DNA of 64,000 nt from a virus, in IMG/VR virus record IMGVR_UViG_3300037808_001516, positions 1 through 64,000 of that record; one strand, written 5' to 3'. This document shows positions 39,101 to 50,600 of the stretch, in pieces (position 1 is the first letter of the stretch; every line of letters starts with the position of its first letter). The notes below the pieces were generated by a model, which saw only the letters and a program-made list of their open reading frames with translations, searched no databases and was not told the DNA's origin. A program made the translations under genes and the position numbers.

Positions 39101-41161
39101 GTGGTGGAGCATTATATAGAAATCACAGGATCTCAACTTGTAAGTCTGTATTTAGATGTTTCCGGAGCATTTGATCTACCCCTTTCATTGGTCGATGACA
39201 TATCTGACACGCTTATTTTGAATGTAATAGATTTTGCTATTGCAACTCAACTAATTGATCCAGATGCCCTGATGAACGCCATTGAGCAGAACTTCGGAAA
39301 GATAAGTCAAGGATCTAGGATTGTCCTTGTAGAACCGGTGAATGATTCCGCTGACGACGTCCGTTTCATCGGCTTTGATCCAAACGCCGATCCTGGAGAA
39401 CAACAGCAGGAGGTAGATGATGAATATAACCAATTCAGCAAAGCCTTGAGGAATATTCCAGGCATATCTGAAGATGAAATCGCAAGCAGATCTGCAATCA
39501 TGAGGTCGTTTCAAGTCACAGCCAAAACTACTGATCGGGGTGAAGGTGATAATCCTGTAGTTTTTGCGATACCATTAGTGGAGTATAAGAGAGAGCTAGA
39601 CTTTGAGGATTGCTATTCAATTAGAAACTATAGTCTAGACAGTTTCACCGAAGCAATACCGTTTATGATCCAAGAGATGACGAAAAGCGAAGACTATGTT
39701 CTGCTGCTAGACAATATCTTTCCAACAAGGAGACTGATGTCTATGGCCTCTGTGTTTTCTACAAGTGTAGTATCGGGGTATAATAACATGCCAACGATCC
39801 TTACTCCAACAAAATCTTCTCTTGCATCATTGGTGAACACACTGGGATTAGGCAGGAGACAGAGAGCAGAACTTCAGACTCTTTCTCAAGAAGAATTTGT
39901 AAAACAGTTCACAGAAAACTTCCCAACAGACGAGTCAAATTGTATTGATTTTCCCTCTGGACTTGAGGATATGTTTAAAAAGTTCTTTGAAGAGTTGTTT
40001 AAGTTGATCCGCCAAATGCCATCTATAATCTTTAGAGGAGTAGCAAACCAGTTGGACCCTGCTTATAAGGAGATGAGGCAGCATTACATAAATTGCGATA
40101 TAAATCACCTGACCTATAGAGGTTTAAGACCAGCCGGCACAGGAGATTATAAGATAACAAATGGTTTATACTTGAAGGGCACACCGAGATTAAAACCTAA
40201 CCCGGAACTTCAAGAGTATGAGGGTAAAAATAAAGGAAAGTACGTTCCGCTTACTCTGGGGTTTGCGTCTGACTTAACGTATGCACTCGGCGCCATACCG
40301 AATTTTTCCATCTTTGGCGCAAGATTAGGCATATCTATAGCGAAGCTGGTGACTTATATCTATGCTGGAAATCGACCATTCTTAGATCCTTCTTCCTATT
40401 TTAAAATCCCCTGTGCAGACATAGATGTGGGAGCGTGGAGAAATAAAGGCAAATACGATGCAGGTATCTACGGCCGTTATGGGCACCCTCTTTCTCCTTT
40501 TACACTATTGGCGCTGGCAACGCCTCAACTTGAGGGGGACAAGAGAGCGAAAGAAGCAAACTGTCAAGTACCACTTCCAGAGTGTGTGGAGTTGAACACG
40601 GGCAATGCGCCACCACCAGAGATCCCAAGGGAAGACCGGGATTATCATCGACCTCCTGGGTCAAGCATCGGATCCGGCGACGGAGACGGTCTTCTGGACG
40701 AGGATATACAAAACCCTGACATCATGGGAGGACCCGAGTCAGATGATACACGTACGTTAGACTTTGAAGACTGTCGCGAGTCGTGGGAAGCCCGAGTAGA
40801 AACTGGAAACCAGGATAGGTTAGTAGAGTTGTTGGACGATACCGCGCGGATCGAAATCATGCTTTTAGGTCTCAGAGAGAATGGATATGACTCCACCGAC
40901 CCAGCAAGGCCTGTTGATCTTGAAGGTCCATTCGCTGATTATAACTCAATGACGATTCAACAACTTCTAGAAGCAAGGGACTGGTATTTTGATACGATCA
41001 ACGAGATAAAATCGTCTTACAGTGAATTAGAGCTGCAGTGTGCATCCGCTGATGAGTACATTGAGTACACCGGCGCCCAAAGCTTAATTGTTATGTCACT
41101 TTTATCAAAAGTGGAGCGAAACCGCGAGGAACAAGCCAGAAGCAATGACCGCAGAAGGTGA
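33182..41161 (+). CDS. Very large (2659 aa) putative virion structural protein
   Basis: Uninterrupted ORF between spike-like and gp25-like genes. Confidence 0.7.
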   Translation: MAFKIDIEHRGRFLTFGPRFKGETGKDIFAAKVALGILRPIPAASEEENSIELGTELSYDSNIPLDEQKWFDCSTGLGVDLAKATKFDTTLENALIKFQLDNQFLITSYYFEKFGYLKLLNAATNDKTIFEAEIASQISVSMGLFESELRTLGEATIAIMHGWLPGTRLATNTSYTHDDRVYSNSNIYDGRLPTVFDLVPIGIYNNLLDPEYSQNFASLLRSGLAIPGTLAKSAIANGPRDGESFMEWLSRSMESNRAWASTLGDEFLNFEYGSLQYYPVLTAKSSLYTAASQVVDYYLENDLFSQTLSQEELNEQARRAIYPDPFSREDVFIIDGTRLGIYTDTEYFLRAEGPLPPASLQEETQEQLEERALKTALDKSQKPEIWYFLKDDEKFKQTYPSRDRSSDASSGPDHSGDYPSRITLSMSASLRENYGDLYSPHGDTTGFKKENYWVLTADETIIEAGDNQNKAQHWRVLESSNASNPLIRFKEFITPSLRPGQSYRALFEINRQKFELITDGEGFEQPPESATLDVDPTSENVCLDQNSEQAERAYEEYRSHAIKRRREMVRKIREAVRSNDGSRTTVNLGVLGDLDLGGFNNLNMDTQSDYEVMQKVAQVLPGQEAIDFITGFSASTKDRKLNNPDNDTNNLSITVEELKERVDKAAEDLREAQDIITRERIKFEKGTDFNGQNEAAQLSAFFTDTIDREFGKKYKNLSKEELSTSLDFSFRATGVGLLGHRSGKDVTSFAGNKSAGLNEVESKKIFTRPRTNNYLSLIKDMTAAPKFSGFFDDSRNSCKDLGINIDKITAYAFVTKYTSGLKAAARKEEDFSFKSWFENNVTDPIKEFGATSAQNFEDSFDPDNFPEDAALRALGQECDLEKVWLGALDKLDLVSLLCDYIKCIKLPPFDFKAPDFRLPPLPKVPILGWYAGFYKFVRDNYEQILTRLACTASKMIIDKLAFPFCEEQLQDFIQNDLLSKNQYAKQAVIESLTRTGVPDADKAKDFFDATSNILTGRELCYIFKGNMPDDATMSAITRMAAATGVSEYLGTPEDVINFFGVVGVYLPDEICDQLNNQTIVSPTNCDDTNDLLRGVRNRLQTGDATLSDEEINRVVNSAEQSKQEEADRLKSFLDNGFSGLVPPIFQYGNESAPMSDFPEHFKKEQEKTAESIFSVPKKAYSEGLAQYVPAMYVGSPVDLWPYDERYDQWQVLRLESALEQLRVYAETMDPITGFNPRPESQWASLHTLYEVEIINTIPGNLISEDKKASLQILEGTENSSNPDYIVPHDTEIFNPQRNSYTGKLDIQTKRNSVLVHKRKIAGMDTKENIEFALIGLEDVIDRYDKRVRRTSDGKQDRLKRQREPFLTQRTELKNLLYRLEQNPETDLSQAGVVSYEFFMAYQQNINSEEIENYTDDSGNRLQFALIPWLVTGPDETGSEDYRVHSMDYEYSKFLREYLETDANLISSADCVERTMSIEYNAYGIPSFSYDCVEYAPKPNYGELKENGKRIFDTPTAAAYFRLNFSRTGEDDANANIQTAINAVSQRINDLSSRITEIITNRPPISDDLLLPGLEELLDQRSEIALESSDSTAETVASSGQQFSLEFRATTAYSPKITLREMTAAEGKDRYDMIIEGDFFIGLDLESASGPAGREVYSYCNQLPDAYTHPRPQMRTQEDFFSSKRHRFSNMLIDKLKSNFSYQRQNTNNQYFETEFTSGEFYKRTTEAIIESLLEELSESYLFESEEVERLDNRIVGKRQRSTCVSNRFSFGDASVVAFNKAILGDVSTEIAKEMAKPENAPENYDFDSPSAFDKAMQNLAFKGFIKTCLMDILLKGGLAYSRWDVEPIVEEQFFIDYAISYVFNELQSSSELKDSWRINIENVTGISNSKVALDTLVKQELIRLPNYSKQIFNPENNSTNFYNWFLEEKTSHFHVSKFADSESQPYSPHIAKHINRIYDNQNEKVFIQNKPEFVVEHYIEITGSQLVSLYLDVSGAFDLPLSLVDDISDTLILNVIDFAIATQLIDPDALMNAIEQNFGKISQGSRIVLVEPVNDSADDVRFIGFDPNADPGEQQQEVDDEYNQFSKALRNIPGISEDEIASRSAIMRSFQVTAKTTDRGEGDNPVVFAIPLVEYKRELDFEDCYSIRNYSLDSFTEAIPFMIQEMTKSEDYVLLLDNIFPTRRLMSMASVFSTSVVSGYNNMPTILTPTKSSLASLVNTLGLGRRQRAELQTLSQEEFVKQFTENFPTDESNCIDFPSGLEDMFKKFFEELFKLIRQMPSIIFRGVANQLDPAYKEMRQHYINCDINHLTYRGLRPAGTGDYKITNGLYLKGTPRLKPNPELQEYEGKNKGKYVPLTLGFASDLTYALGAIPNFSIFGARLGISIAKLVTYIYAGNRPFLDPSSYFKIPCADIDVGAWRNKGKYDAGIYGRYGHPLSPFTLLALATPQLEGDKRAKEANCQVPLPECVELNTGNAPPPEIPREDRDYHRPPGSSIGSGDGDGLLDEDIQNPDIMGGPESDDTRTLDFEDCRESWEARVETGNQDRLVELLDDTARIEIMLLGLRENGYDSTDPARPVDLEGPFADYNSMTIQQLLEARDWYFDTINEIKSSYSELELQCASADEYIEYTGAQSLIVMSLLSKVERNREEQARSNDRRR

Positions 41162-41199
41162 TAAGTGCAAAGGTGTTTATCAAAATAAATGAATTATGA

Positions 41200-41209
41200 C
41201 TATTTATTT
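41200..41209 (+). promoter_or_regulatory. Candidate late promoter (CTATTTATT)
   Basis: Recurrent motif upstream of gp25-like gene. Confidence 0.45.
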
Positions 41210-41223
41210 TTGAGGTTTGAGTA

Positions 41224-41748
41224 ATGCCATTTAATCATTTTATACCACAAAGAAGTGAAGAGATGCTGAAAGTACAATATCAGCCACTTTTCCCTTTGCA
41301 GTACGACGGACTATTTGGTCCATATAAACCAGTATCGTCTTTGAGAGATTCTATACAAAAAGACTTTGAATATTTATTATTAACTAACCCAGGAGAGTGG
41401 CCGATGAACCCCGACCTGGGCATAGGAGTGAAAAGATATCTTTTTGAAACGTTCGGATCTCCAGAGATGAACAAGATTCAAGAAAGGATAAGGGCACAAC
41501 TACAGAGATATTTGCCCTTTCCGTATATACAACTGTTCAGTGCAGCGTTTGAATCAGACCCAGAAGAGCAGGATCAAGGCTATGCAAGTTTGGTTATAAA
41601 GTATGCAATATTGGACGACTTGGTGAGACAAATAATTGTAACCCAAATGGGGGTCAATGTTACAGACATCCAGGTCAACAACAGATTTCCTGCAGGCGCA
41701 CAATCCCGGTACCCGACAATAAGCAGCAATATGAGGACGATTAGATGA
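41224..41748 (+). CDS. Baseplate wedge subunit, gp25/GPW-like
   Basis: LLLTNPGEWPMNPDLGIG...YLFE motif. Confidence 0.85.
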   Translation: MPFNHFIPQRSEEMLKVQYQPLFPLQYDGLFGPYKPVSSLRDSIQKDFEYLLLTNPGEWPMNPDLGIGVKRYLFETFGSPEMNKIQERIRAQLQRYLPFPYIQLFSAAFESDPEEQDQGYASLVIKYAILDDLVRQIIVTQMGVNVTDIQVNNRFPAGAQSRYPTISSNMRTIR

Positions 41749-43550
41749 CTACAAACAACAACAGAGGCGTCACGGACGCAAACTATACTAGTGTAACTTT
41801 TGATGAAATAAAAGAAAGACTTTTAACACATGCCAAATCTCGATATCCTGACACATATAGAGATTTTAACGCGTCGTCTTTTGGATCGATGATGTTCGAC
41901 TTAGTGGCCATGATGAGTGAGCAATTAAACTTTTACGCAAATTATGTAGGGAATGAGTCGTACGTCCAATCCGCGTACACCATGTCCGCATTAGAAAAAC
42001 TTGGGTCCGAAAACGGAGTAGATGTAAGCAATGCTATAACTTCCTACGGCACTGTCAGTATATATACTGCAATACCCGCCGACGCAGTCTTGGGAACAAT
42101 AGATAGTTCATATACTCACAGGATCCTGAAGGGTGCGGTATTCACAACTCCCTCTGGCGGAAGATACACTTCGACTCAAGACGCCGTCGTCGACTTGGGG
42201 TCTACGAACATTATAGGTACAACATTCTCAGACGACGATTCGAGAATTACGTACTTTGTATACAAGGTTGATGTTCCTGTTGTATCTGGTGAAGAAAGAA
42301 CGACTACATTAAATATTGGAACATATAGAAAGTTTTTAAAATTTGAAATAAGTGACTTAACATTATCGAATATAATAGATGTAGAAGATTCAAACGGAAA
42401 CAAATATTATGAGACTTCAAATTTAGCCCAGAACGTTATTTACAAGGAGTTGCCAAGTAGAGATAATAACGATCCGACGGTACCGTCGAAGCTAGTACCA
42501 ATGCCCGTACCAAGAAGGTTTACAAAGGAAATTAATAATGGACTCACCAGTCTCGTGTATGGCTTCGGATCCGAAGACGACCTAAAGGTTAAAAATGTTG
42601 CAAACCCAAATAAGATAGCAACTCAACAACCCGGAAAAGAGTATGTTACAGATAATGTATTTGACCCCGCACAATTGCAATCTACTGACAAATTTGGAGT
42701 GGCTCCACAAAACACAACCTTGACAATAAAATACAGGTCAAACACAACAGAGAACTCAAACGCACCAGTAAATTCTATAAACGGCATCTCCTCAGCACAG
42801 ATTATTTTTGAAAATGAAAATAATCTGGATGCCGACAAAGTTGCTTTTATAAGGAATAATATCGCTGTCACCAACAGTGAGCCAATAAACGGAACATTAA
42901 AATTTAACACGACCCAGGAAATATCCCAAAGAATAAAAGCATCTTTAGGTTCTCAATCCCGCGCAGTCACTCTGCAGGATTATGTCGCATCAGCCTATTC
43001 TATGCCTGCAAGCTTTGGCGCGCTAACGAGAGCATCAATAAGCAGAGATACAAACGACCTGAAAAGGAACTTGAACATGTATGTGATTTCACAAGACGTA
43101 GATGGAAATCTTCAACAAGCCAGCGCGCCATTAAAAAATAACCTTAAAACTTGGTTAAATTCAGTTAGAATGGTGACTGATACTCTAGACATCTTCGATG
43201 CAAAGATAGTGAACGTTGGGTTGGAGATTGACATTGTCGTGGACCAGAGAACTAACTTCTCTACTGTCTTGTCGGAGGTCAGAGAAAAGCTCTTTGACGA
43301 ATTAACTCTGGTGAGACCAGAAATCGGGCAGCATTTTTCGGTCGGCGATGTAGAAAAGATACTAAGTAAAATACCTTATGTTGTGAGGTTTAACAGTGTA
43401 AAAGTAGTGTCAAAATCGGGAACAGGATATTCGGACATAAGATACGACATTGCAACCAACATATCACCAGACGGCGGTTTGGTGTACATTCCGGAAGACT
43501 GTATCTGGGAAATTAAAAACGCATCAGATATAACAGGGAAGGTTCAATAA
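41745..43550 (+). CDS. Baseplate wedge protein, T4 gp6-like
   Basis: F..IK..L...YPDTYRDFN.SS.G; RAVTLQDY motif; follows gp25. Confidence 0.82.
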   Translation: MTTNNNRGVTDANYTSVTFDEIKERLLTHAKSRYPDTYRDFNASSFGSMMFDLVAMMSEQLNFYANYVGNESYVQSAYTMSALEKLGSENGVDVSNAITSYGTVSIYTAIPADAVLGTIDSSYTHRILKGAVFTTPSGGRYTSTQDAVVDLGSTNIIGTTFSDDDSRITYFVYKVDVPVVSGEERTTTLNIGTYRKFLKFEISDLTLSNIIDVEDSNGNKYYETSNLAQNVIYKELPSRDNNDPTVPSKLVPMPVPRRFTKEINNGLTSLVYGFGSEDDLKVKNVANPNKIATQQPGKEYVTDNVFDPAQLQSTDKFGVAPQNTTLTIKYRSNTTENSNAPVNSINGISSAQIIFENENNLDADKVAFIRNNIAVTNSEPINGTLKFNTTQEISQRIKASLGSQSRAVTLQDYVASAYSMPASFGALTRASISRDTNDLKRNLNMYVISQDVDGNLQQASAPLKNNLKTWLNSVRMVTDTLDIFDAKIVNVGLEIDIVVDQRTNFSTVLSEVREKLFDELTLVRPEIGQHFSVGDVEKILSKIPYVVRFNSVKVVSKSGTGYSDIRYDIATNISPDGGLVYIPEDCIWEIKNASDITGKVQ

Positions 43551-44665
43551 TGAGTATAAAAAGATATGTTGCAAATAAAGACAATACTATAACAAACGCA
43601 TTTAAAGAAAATCTACAAACACGCGCCACCGAAGCAAACATGGGTGCTTCTGATATAATTGAGGTTTTTTCAATTTATGGCCAGGCATCGACATCTTCAG
43701 CCGAGCAGGCTAGAATACTAATCGAATTTCCAGTTTCTCAGGTTGTTTCAGATAGATCAGCTTCCAGGATTGCAGCCTCTGGCAGTGTAAGTTTTGTTTT
43801 AAAGTTGACAAATGCTGAACATTCCTTTACCACCCCATCTGACTTTACTTTGAGTGTGTATCGTCTCTTAAATCCCTGGACAGAAGGTACAGGACTAGAC
43901 ATGGAAACCTACACAGATACTGGTGTAAGCAGTTGGACTTACAGAGTCTCTGGTTCACAATGGAGCGGCGCCGACGGGAGTTTCGCGGATAATACGCGAT
44001 CGGATGTGGCTTTTGAATCGGGAACAGAGAATCTAGAAGTAGATATTAGTGACATTGTAGAAGACTGGATTGATGGAACAGCAAATAATTATGGCCTGTT
44101 GATAAAGCTGTCAGGATCCGCAGAGAATGTTGTCGGAGGCGCCGACCCAATCGCGGAAAAATCTTACTACACAAAGAGGTTTTTTGCAAGACAATCTCAA
44201 TATTTTTTCAAAAGGCCAATAATCGAAGCGAGGTGGGATAGTTCTTCAGTACATACAGCCTCTCTTCCAAGTCCTTATGTTAGAGCGGACGAGTACTTAT
44301 ATAAAATAACGAATTTTAAATCGTCGTATAAGACGTATGAGAATGTAACATTTAAGGTGAATACAAGAAACAAAGACTGGCAACCAAACGTCTATACTGT
44401 TGCCACGAACAAAGCACCCGTTGACTTGGTTGATGAATCCTATTATAAAATTAGAAGAGTGGTGGACAATTACGTAGTTGTTGATTATTCAACTGGAAGC
44501 GCGCCAGCGTATTCCAAGCTATCATACAATGCGACCGGATCCTATTTTGATTTTGATATGTCAAATTTAGAACCAAACTATTTATATGAAATAAGCTTTT
44601 TAAGAAGAAACGAAAACGATTACATCGAACAGAAAGAGAAATTTAAATTTAGAGTTGATCCATGA
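43550..44665 (+). CDS. Virion protein with DNRLRE/CBM96-like beta-sandwich domain
   Basis: RILIEF...WTEG...VDISDIVEDWIDG.ANNYGLLIK motif. Confidence 0.55.
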   Translation: MSIKRYVANKDNTITNAFKENLQTRATEANMGASDIIEVFSIYGQASTSSAEQARILIEFPVSQVVSDRSASRIAASGSVSFVLKLTNAEHSFTTPSDFTLSVYRLLNPWTEGTGLDMETYTDTGVSSWTYRVSGSQWSGADGSFADNTRSDVAFESGTENLEVDISDIVEDWIDGTANNYGLLIKLSGSAENVVGGADPIAEKSYYTKRFFARQSQYFFKRPIIEARWDSSSVHTASLPSPYVRADEYLYKITNFKSSYKTYENVTFKVNTRNKDWQPNVYTVATNKAPVDLVDESYYKIRRVVDNYVVVDYSTGSAPAYSKLSYNATGSYFDFDMSNLEPNYLYEISFLRRNENDYIEQKEKFKFRVDP

Positions 44666-47600
44666 CAGACTACAGAGCAAAGACAGAGAAATCAAAATCA
44701 TCCGATAGAAAAGAAAAATTCTTTACTAGAAGAAATATCCCCTCGGCTAACGAGAACCGTCAAGGTTTAACATCAAAAGAGCAGGAGTCGGACGGTCTAA
44801 TAAAGAAGACCAGAGATATTACAAACAAATATAGACCCGACATCATTGTAAAAGACCCAAGCACTTTCGCGTTCTTTGGCAGTGCTAAAAAATACTATGA
44901 AGACGCTTTCTCCAACATTGTTAATTATTATCCGTTTGACGGATCAAGAAAAGAAATATTGGAGTGGTATGAGACAGCAACATCAGTCGAGATTGGAATG
45001 CTACACAATCATTGGCCATCATATGTCGGCCATGTCTCGATCGATTCACAACAATATATAAGTTTTTATAGTGGCCCTCAATCAATTGCTGAGTCAGAGT
45101 ACATGGGAGCATACACTCGCGGAGAGACGGGACTGAGACTGGATCCCTCCAAAGGAAATACAGTTGAGTTTTGGCTGAAGAAGGGCAGCTGGTCTATTCC
45201 GGAAGAAGTAGTGTTTGACATAGGGTCATACCCTGGAAAGGTCTCCGCTGCAAACGGTGGCCAGTTTAAGTTATATCTTTCAAATTCTTCTGGCTCACCA
45301 TTCCACGTGGACTATAGTATCGGTACAACCGGAATTTCTGCAACAAACATAGGGTCGTCTAATATTACAACTAGCTCTGTCGGAGACAGTGCTTGGCACC
45401 ATTATGCGCTTAAGGTTCACCAAGAGGATAGTAAACTTCATATGAAGTTGTACGTGGACGGTAAATACGACTCTCTTACGACTTCTTCTGTGGCTACTAT
45501 GGGTAGCGTCGACACATATATGTCCGGCCGCATTGGCGCCGCTCAAGCCGACACCACAGGATCTTTATCAGGATCCATGGATGATTTTAGGTTTTGGAAA
45601 GGGAAGAGAACGTCAAAACAAATCAGTAGATTTTTCGACCAAAAAGTATTTGCTAGCGAAAACTTAGAGGAAACCTATGAGACTAAATTGGGATTGTACT
45701 ATAGATTTAATAAGCCAGCAATAGCTGATACCGAGACAGATAGATTAGTTGTAGATTACTCCGGAAACGACATCACTGGTCAAATATATAAATACGACAA
45801 CACTGTGAGGGTAGCGGAGTCCGCAATAACAATATCCCCATACACTTCAGCATCAGAATTGCAAGACCCCCACCTTGAGGATAAAAGCAGCGCCGTACAG
45901 GATCTGAAGGTTGATTTGGTAAATATAGGAGAATCTTACGACATAAACAACGCTTCTAATTTAAAAAATTTCGTACCAGAATGGGTCTTTGACAACAACA
46001 ACGATGGACTTTCTAATCCAGACAGTCATGTGTCTATATTGTTTCATCTGTTGGCATCTGAATTTGACGAGATCAGACAAAAGATCGATGGCATCAAGCT
46101 TGAAAAATTACCCAGATACGAATCAATTACTCAAGAAATTACAAGCCACGAAGACTTTTCTCAGTTAGGAATGTCGTCAAGCTACATGCAAAACAACTTT
46201 TTCATCGGATGTGATGATAGTGGAGAAATATACGCTCCATCTTTAGGTTCTCATGCTGAATTTTCAGTCAGGAAATGTGAGAACGTCGGATTTAATGTTG
46301 TTCAGAAGCCCTTGTCGAGCGTAGATCCGAATGATGAACAGGATCTTAAGGTCGCGCAAGTATCAATAACGAAGCCATTCGAAGAAATAAGAAGAGCGAT
46401 TCTTGAAAATGTATATTCATCAGCTAAGTATATGTTAAAAAGAAAAGGCACCGCCACAGCTTTTGGCGCGGTACTAAGATCATATGGCGTTGATGAGGAT
46501 CTAGTGTCTCTTAACATCTATGGAAGAAACTCTGAGACTTTTATAGACAACTCAAAATTAGATACGGCCATCGACGAAAGAAATAGTGTCTATTTTGGAG
46601 AGAACCTGAATTCGACAATATTTCTATCGTCATCGGATAACGAGGAAAGAACTTACCTACAAGCAGACACGGATGAAACAGAATATACATTTGAAGGCAC
46701 ATTCATGTTTCCCTCCTTTCGAGATAAGCAGCATGATACAAACACCTCGTCTATCTTTGGTGTTTCCGAGGTTTCTGCTATTAATAACAACCTGACAGCG
46801 CCCGCAACCAATAATGCTGATTTTGTTGTCAAAGTGGCGAAGGACAATCTTTCTTCTGACGATGCCAAGTTTATCTTGACGTCTCCCGCAGGAATCATAT
46901 CAGATCTGGAATCAAATGTATTTAGAGATGTTTATGATAATTCTCGATGGAACATAGCCCTAAAGGTTGTAAAGGATCTAGATAACAAATTTGTAAGCTC
47001 TTCCGCGGCAACGTACAAGGTAGAGCTTGTAGGTCACAATCACATATTGGATACACTCCAAAATTCGTTTAGCATCACTTCGTCTTTGACCCAAGCCGAA
47101 TATGAAAACTTCCGAAGCGCACATAAAACAATCTTTATCGGCGCACAAAGAACCAACATAACAGGATCAGTAGTTACTTCGACTGACATCAAGGTTGTGG
47201 ACTTCAACGGATGGAATGACGACCTTTCATTAGACGAGCTGAAAGTTAGATCTATGACACCATCAACCACTGGTAGAGACAATTCAGATACTTACAGAGA
47301 AAACTACAACACGGTAAATAAACTGAAAGATAAGAACAAGATTTTTTCAATTCAGTTTGATGCTATATCTGCCTTATCATCGGAAAATACTTTGGTTGCC
47401 GTAGATGCAACCTCTGGATCCGTAGACCATGTGGCAAGGTATGGACAATTAATTGGAAACAAGTATCCAGCAAAGTCCACAGTGTTCTCCAAAAACCTAA
47501 CAAATGTAATACAGAGGGAGTACTTGCCGGTTGTGAGAAACATTCCTCTTGGCAACGACCATGGAGAACAGGGAATACAAACCAAGGCAGCAGAGATAAA

Positions 47601-50600
47601 CAAGTTTGACCTCTCTTCCAGACCACAGAGTAAGCTACTTTCTTTTGAAAAGAGTATGTACCAAGCAATTTCAAGAGAGATGGTCGACTTTGTGGGAGGG
47701 CTGTTGTCATTTAACAATCTGATAGGTGAGCCAGTAAACAAATATAGGAAGAGTTATAAGATGTTAGATCATCTACGTCAAAAATTCTTCGAAACGGTGG
47801 AGAGCGAAAATCAATTCGAAAGATTCGTAAGTTACTTCCGGTGGATCGACAAGTCTGTAGGACACTTCCTAGATCAGATGGTTCCCGCAACCGCAACTAC
47901 CAACACAGGCATAGAAGATGTTATAGAATCGCACGCACTAGAAAGAAACAAGTACGACCACAAGGCACCATTTGTGGAGAGAAAAGAGTATGACTCGGGA
48001 CTTGAGACTAACCTTTTAGCTATAAACGAGCTTCTTTATGACTGGGAGCACGGCCACAATTCTGACAGCGAGGCTGATCATTGCTTGTGGCAGAAAGACA
48101 GGAAAGAGAGGACGGGAGATAGAGAGACCATAAGAAAAGTCTTAACCACTGTGGTCTCAGGATCAACCTATGTTACCAGAAACCTAGTAAAGCCGTATCG
48201 ACACACTATAGATAGGCAAACTCTATTGAACATAGGGTCAAACAGAAACGCAAACAAGAATAAAGATTTATATAAAATAGTCAATGAGGGTAAAGAGATC
48301 TCCATATCTTCAAGCGATATTTATGAATTCAAGCAATGCAACGATGTAATAAACCCGCAGCAAGAAAAGATATATTCAGCGAAGACTAACACGACAACAA
48401 CAGATAGTTACCTTGACGCAGATTCAGACATGATTCTACCGTTCAGTTTATACAGCTCTTCAGTTGGTGTAGATTTCGAGAATTTCAAGCAAAACCTAAA
48501 GATAACTAACAACCATGACGGAACGCCTTCGTTACAAAGTCCATTCGTCAAGAGTCTCGTCGGAGGCATGCCTCATAGGAGCGTCAAATTTGGCACTGCT
48601 GACGCTGACCGTCCCGAAGCATACGATGTATCATCTTCTGCAAATACACTCACCATAAAGCAAACCTCGGCCCCTAAGTCCATGTTTCACCGTGATTTAG
48701 GAGGAGCCCGGTTCTATCACATTGGAAATGTAAAAACCACAGAGACTCCCTTAGTAATCGGAAATTATTCTAAAGACTATGAAATTGTCATGACCAACGG
48801 CCGTTCGTTGAACAACAATTATTTGGTAGAGAACGAAGGTCTAAATTTGACAGGCGGTATTTCACAGGGCCTGTATGTTCCAGCTATCACCGAGTTTGAA
48901 GTTCCTCAGAGGCCAGCGCGAGACCACGTCATAGTTAATCGCTTTAACGCGCCAGGAGGAGCAGAATCATCAACTCCACAGGGCATGAACAGGGAATCCT
49001 TAGAGTACTCAGTGTACAGTACTGTAAATTACAGAAACGGCGTGGTTCGATACATAGAAGATTTCCTGTCAGAAGAACACTCAGAGCAATTCGGATACCG
49101 ATCCGGCAGCACGACACAAGCTTCTAGACACATGACGAATAGAAACACCGGCAAAAAGACGGGGTCTTTAGGTCAAGAGCTGGAATACGACAACAACTAC
49201 GTCCAGCACGAAATACCACAAAATGATTTTGGATATTCTTGGGTGACGTCATCTGCAAATGAAAGCGTATACAGTTTTCTAAATAAGAATGAAAACACCG
49301 GTCATCAACATTTGCTTAACATATCTGGAGCCCTGAAATCATCTCAGACGATAACTTTCTTGGGAACCTCAGAGTTGACGCCAAACTTAGACTTTGTGAA
49401 TTTAAATACCTTTACAACTAGAAGTTTGACGTCTGATGTGAACATGCTGACAAACAACTCTGCAGACTTAAACTCAATCGTACTTAATCGCCAGGGACCA
49501 TACGGATGGCCATCTTGGAAACAATTAAAGGGAGAGCAACATCCCATTACGAAAGCACACAAGAAAAACAACAAGCTTTCGGTTGTTTATCGTACACACA
49601 ATTCAAAAAAATATGCTTTTGTGGATTCTATTAAGGGTGATTATGAGTTCGACTTCAAAGACACAATTGACATTAGCGACACTAACACTTCCGCAAGATT
49701 GGTTGACAACTATGATGAGATGTATATTACATCTAAGTTCAATCCATTGAACGTAAACTTAACTAGATTTGACAACACCAGTATCAGTTTAGAAAATCTA
49801 GATTTGGCAATTCGCTCGGCCATCGGTGTACCTATTTTAGCAGTAAACCAATTATCTCAGCATCACATGTGGACAAACGATGAATACTATTTGGGAACGG
49901 TTTTGCGTGACGCATCCAGACATAGCGATGGACTATCTTTTGATGAAGAAGATGAGTTCATGATGTTTAGCCCTGAAGGGGCCCTGAGTGAGGATGAGCA
50001 AGCAATGCTGTCAACTGCGCTTGGTGGTCTACGCGAGTCGGCCGCCGTGTCTATGCGTGCCACAGTACAAAACAAAATAACAGGCTTCGCTCAAAGAAAG
50101 TTTGAAAATTTGGTAATAGCAGGAGTGCAAAACCCAGAAATATGGTCAAAGTATATTGACCATGACAAATATGTTTCAGAGACTAGTTTTGCAGTTCTTA
50201 AGAATTTTCTTACGGAGGGTATTACCTCAAGAACAATGAGAGAGTTGAACTACATAGAGACAATATATCCGAGAGAGATAAATACCTACAAATCAAAAAT
50301 CAGAGCTAGGGATAGCTTTGATTTCTTTGGATGGAATAGTACCAGGTCTAATAGACAGTTAATCTTAACTGGAAACGTTTCTTACGATACTCCTCTGATC
50401 GAGAACTCAGATGTCCGATTGTTTTTTCCTCAATCTGCCTTGGCCGAAGAAAGAGAGTTTAAAAAGTCGTTTTACAATACGGTGGAGATGGTCGATATAA
50501 ATTCAACGGGATCAGATGCTTCGACAACGTCTAGCACACACATCACGGCTAGCAGCTGGGTCCTTGATTCTCGTGAAACTTTTACTGGCTTACCGTTGAA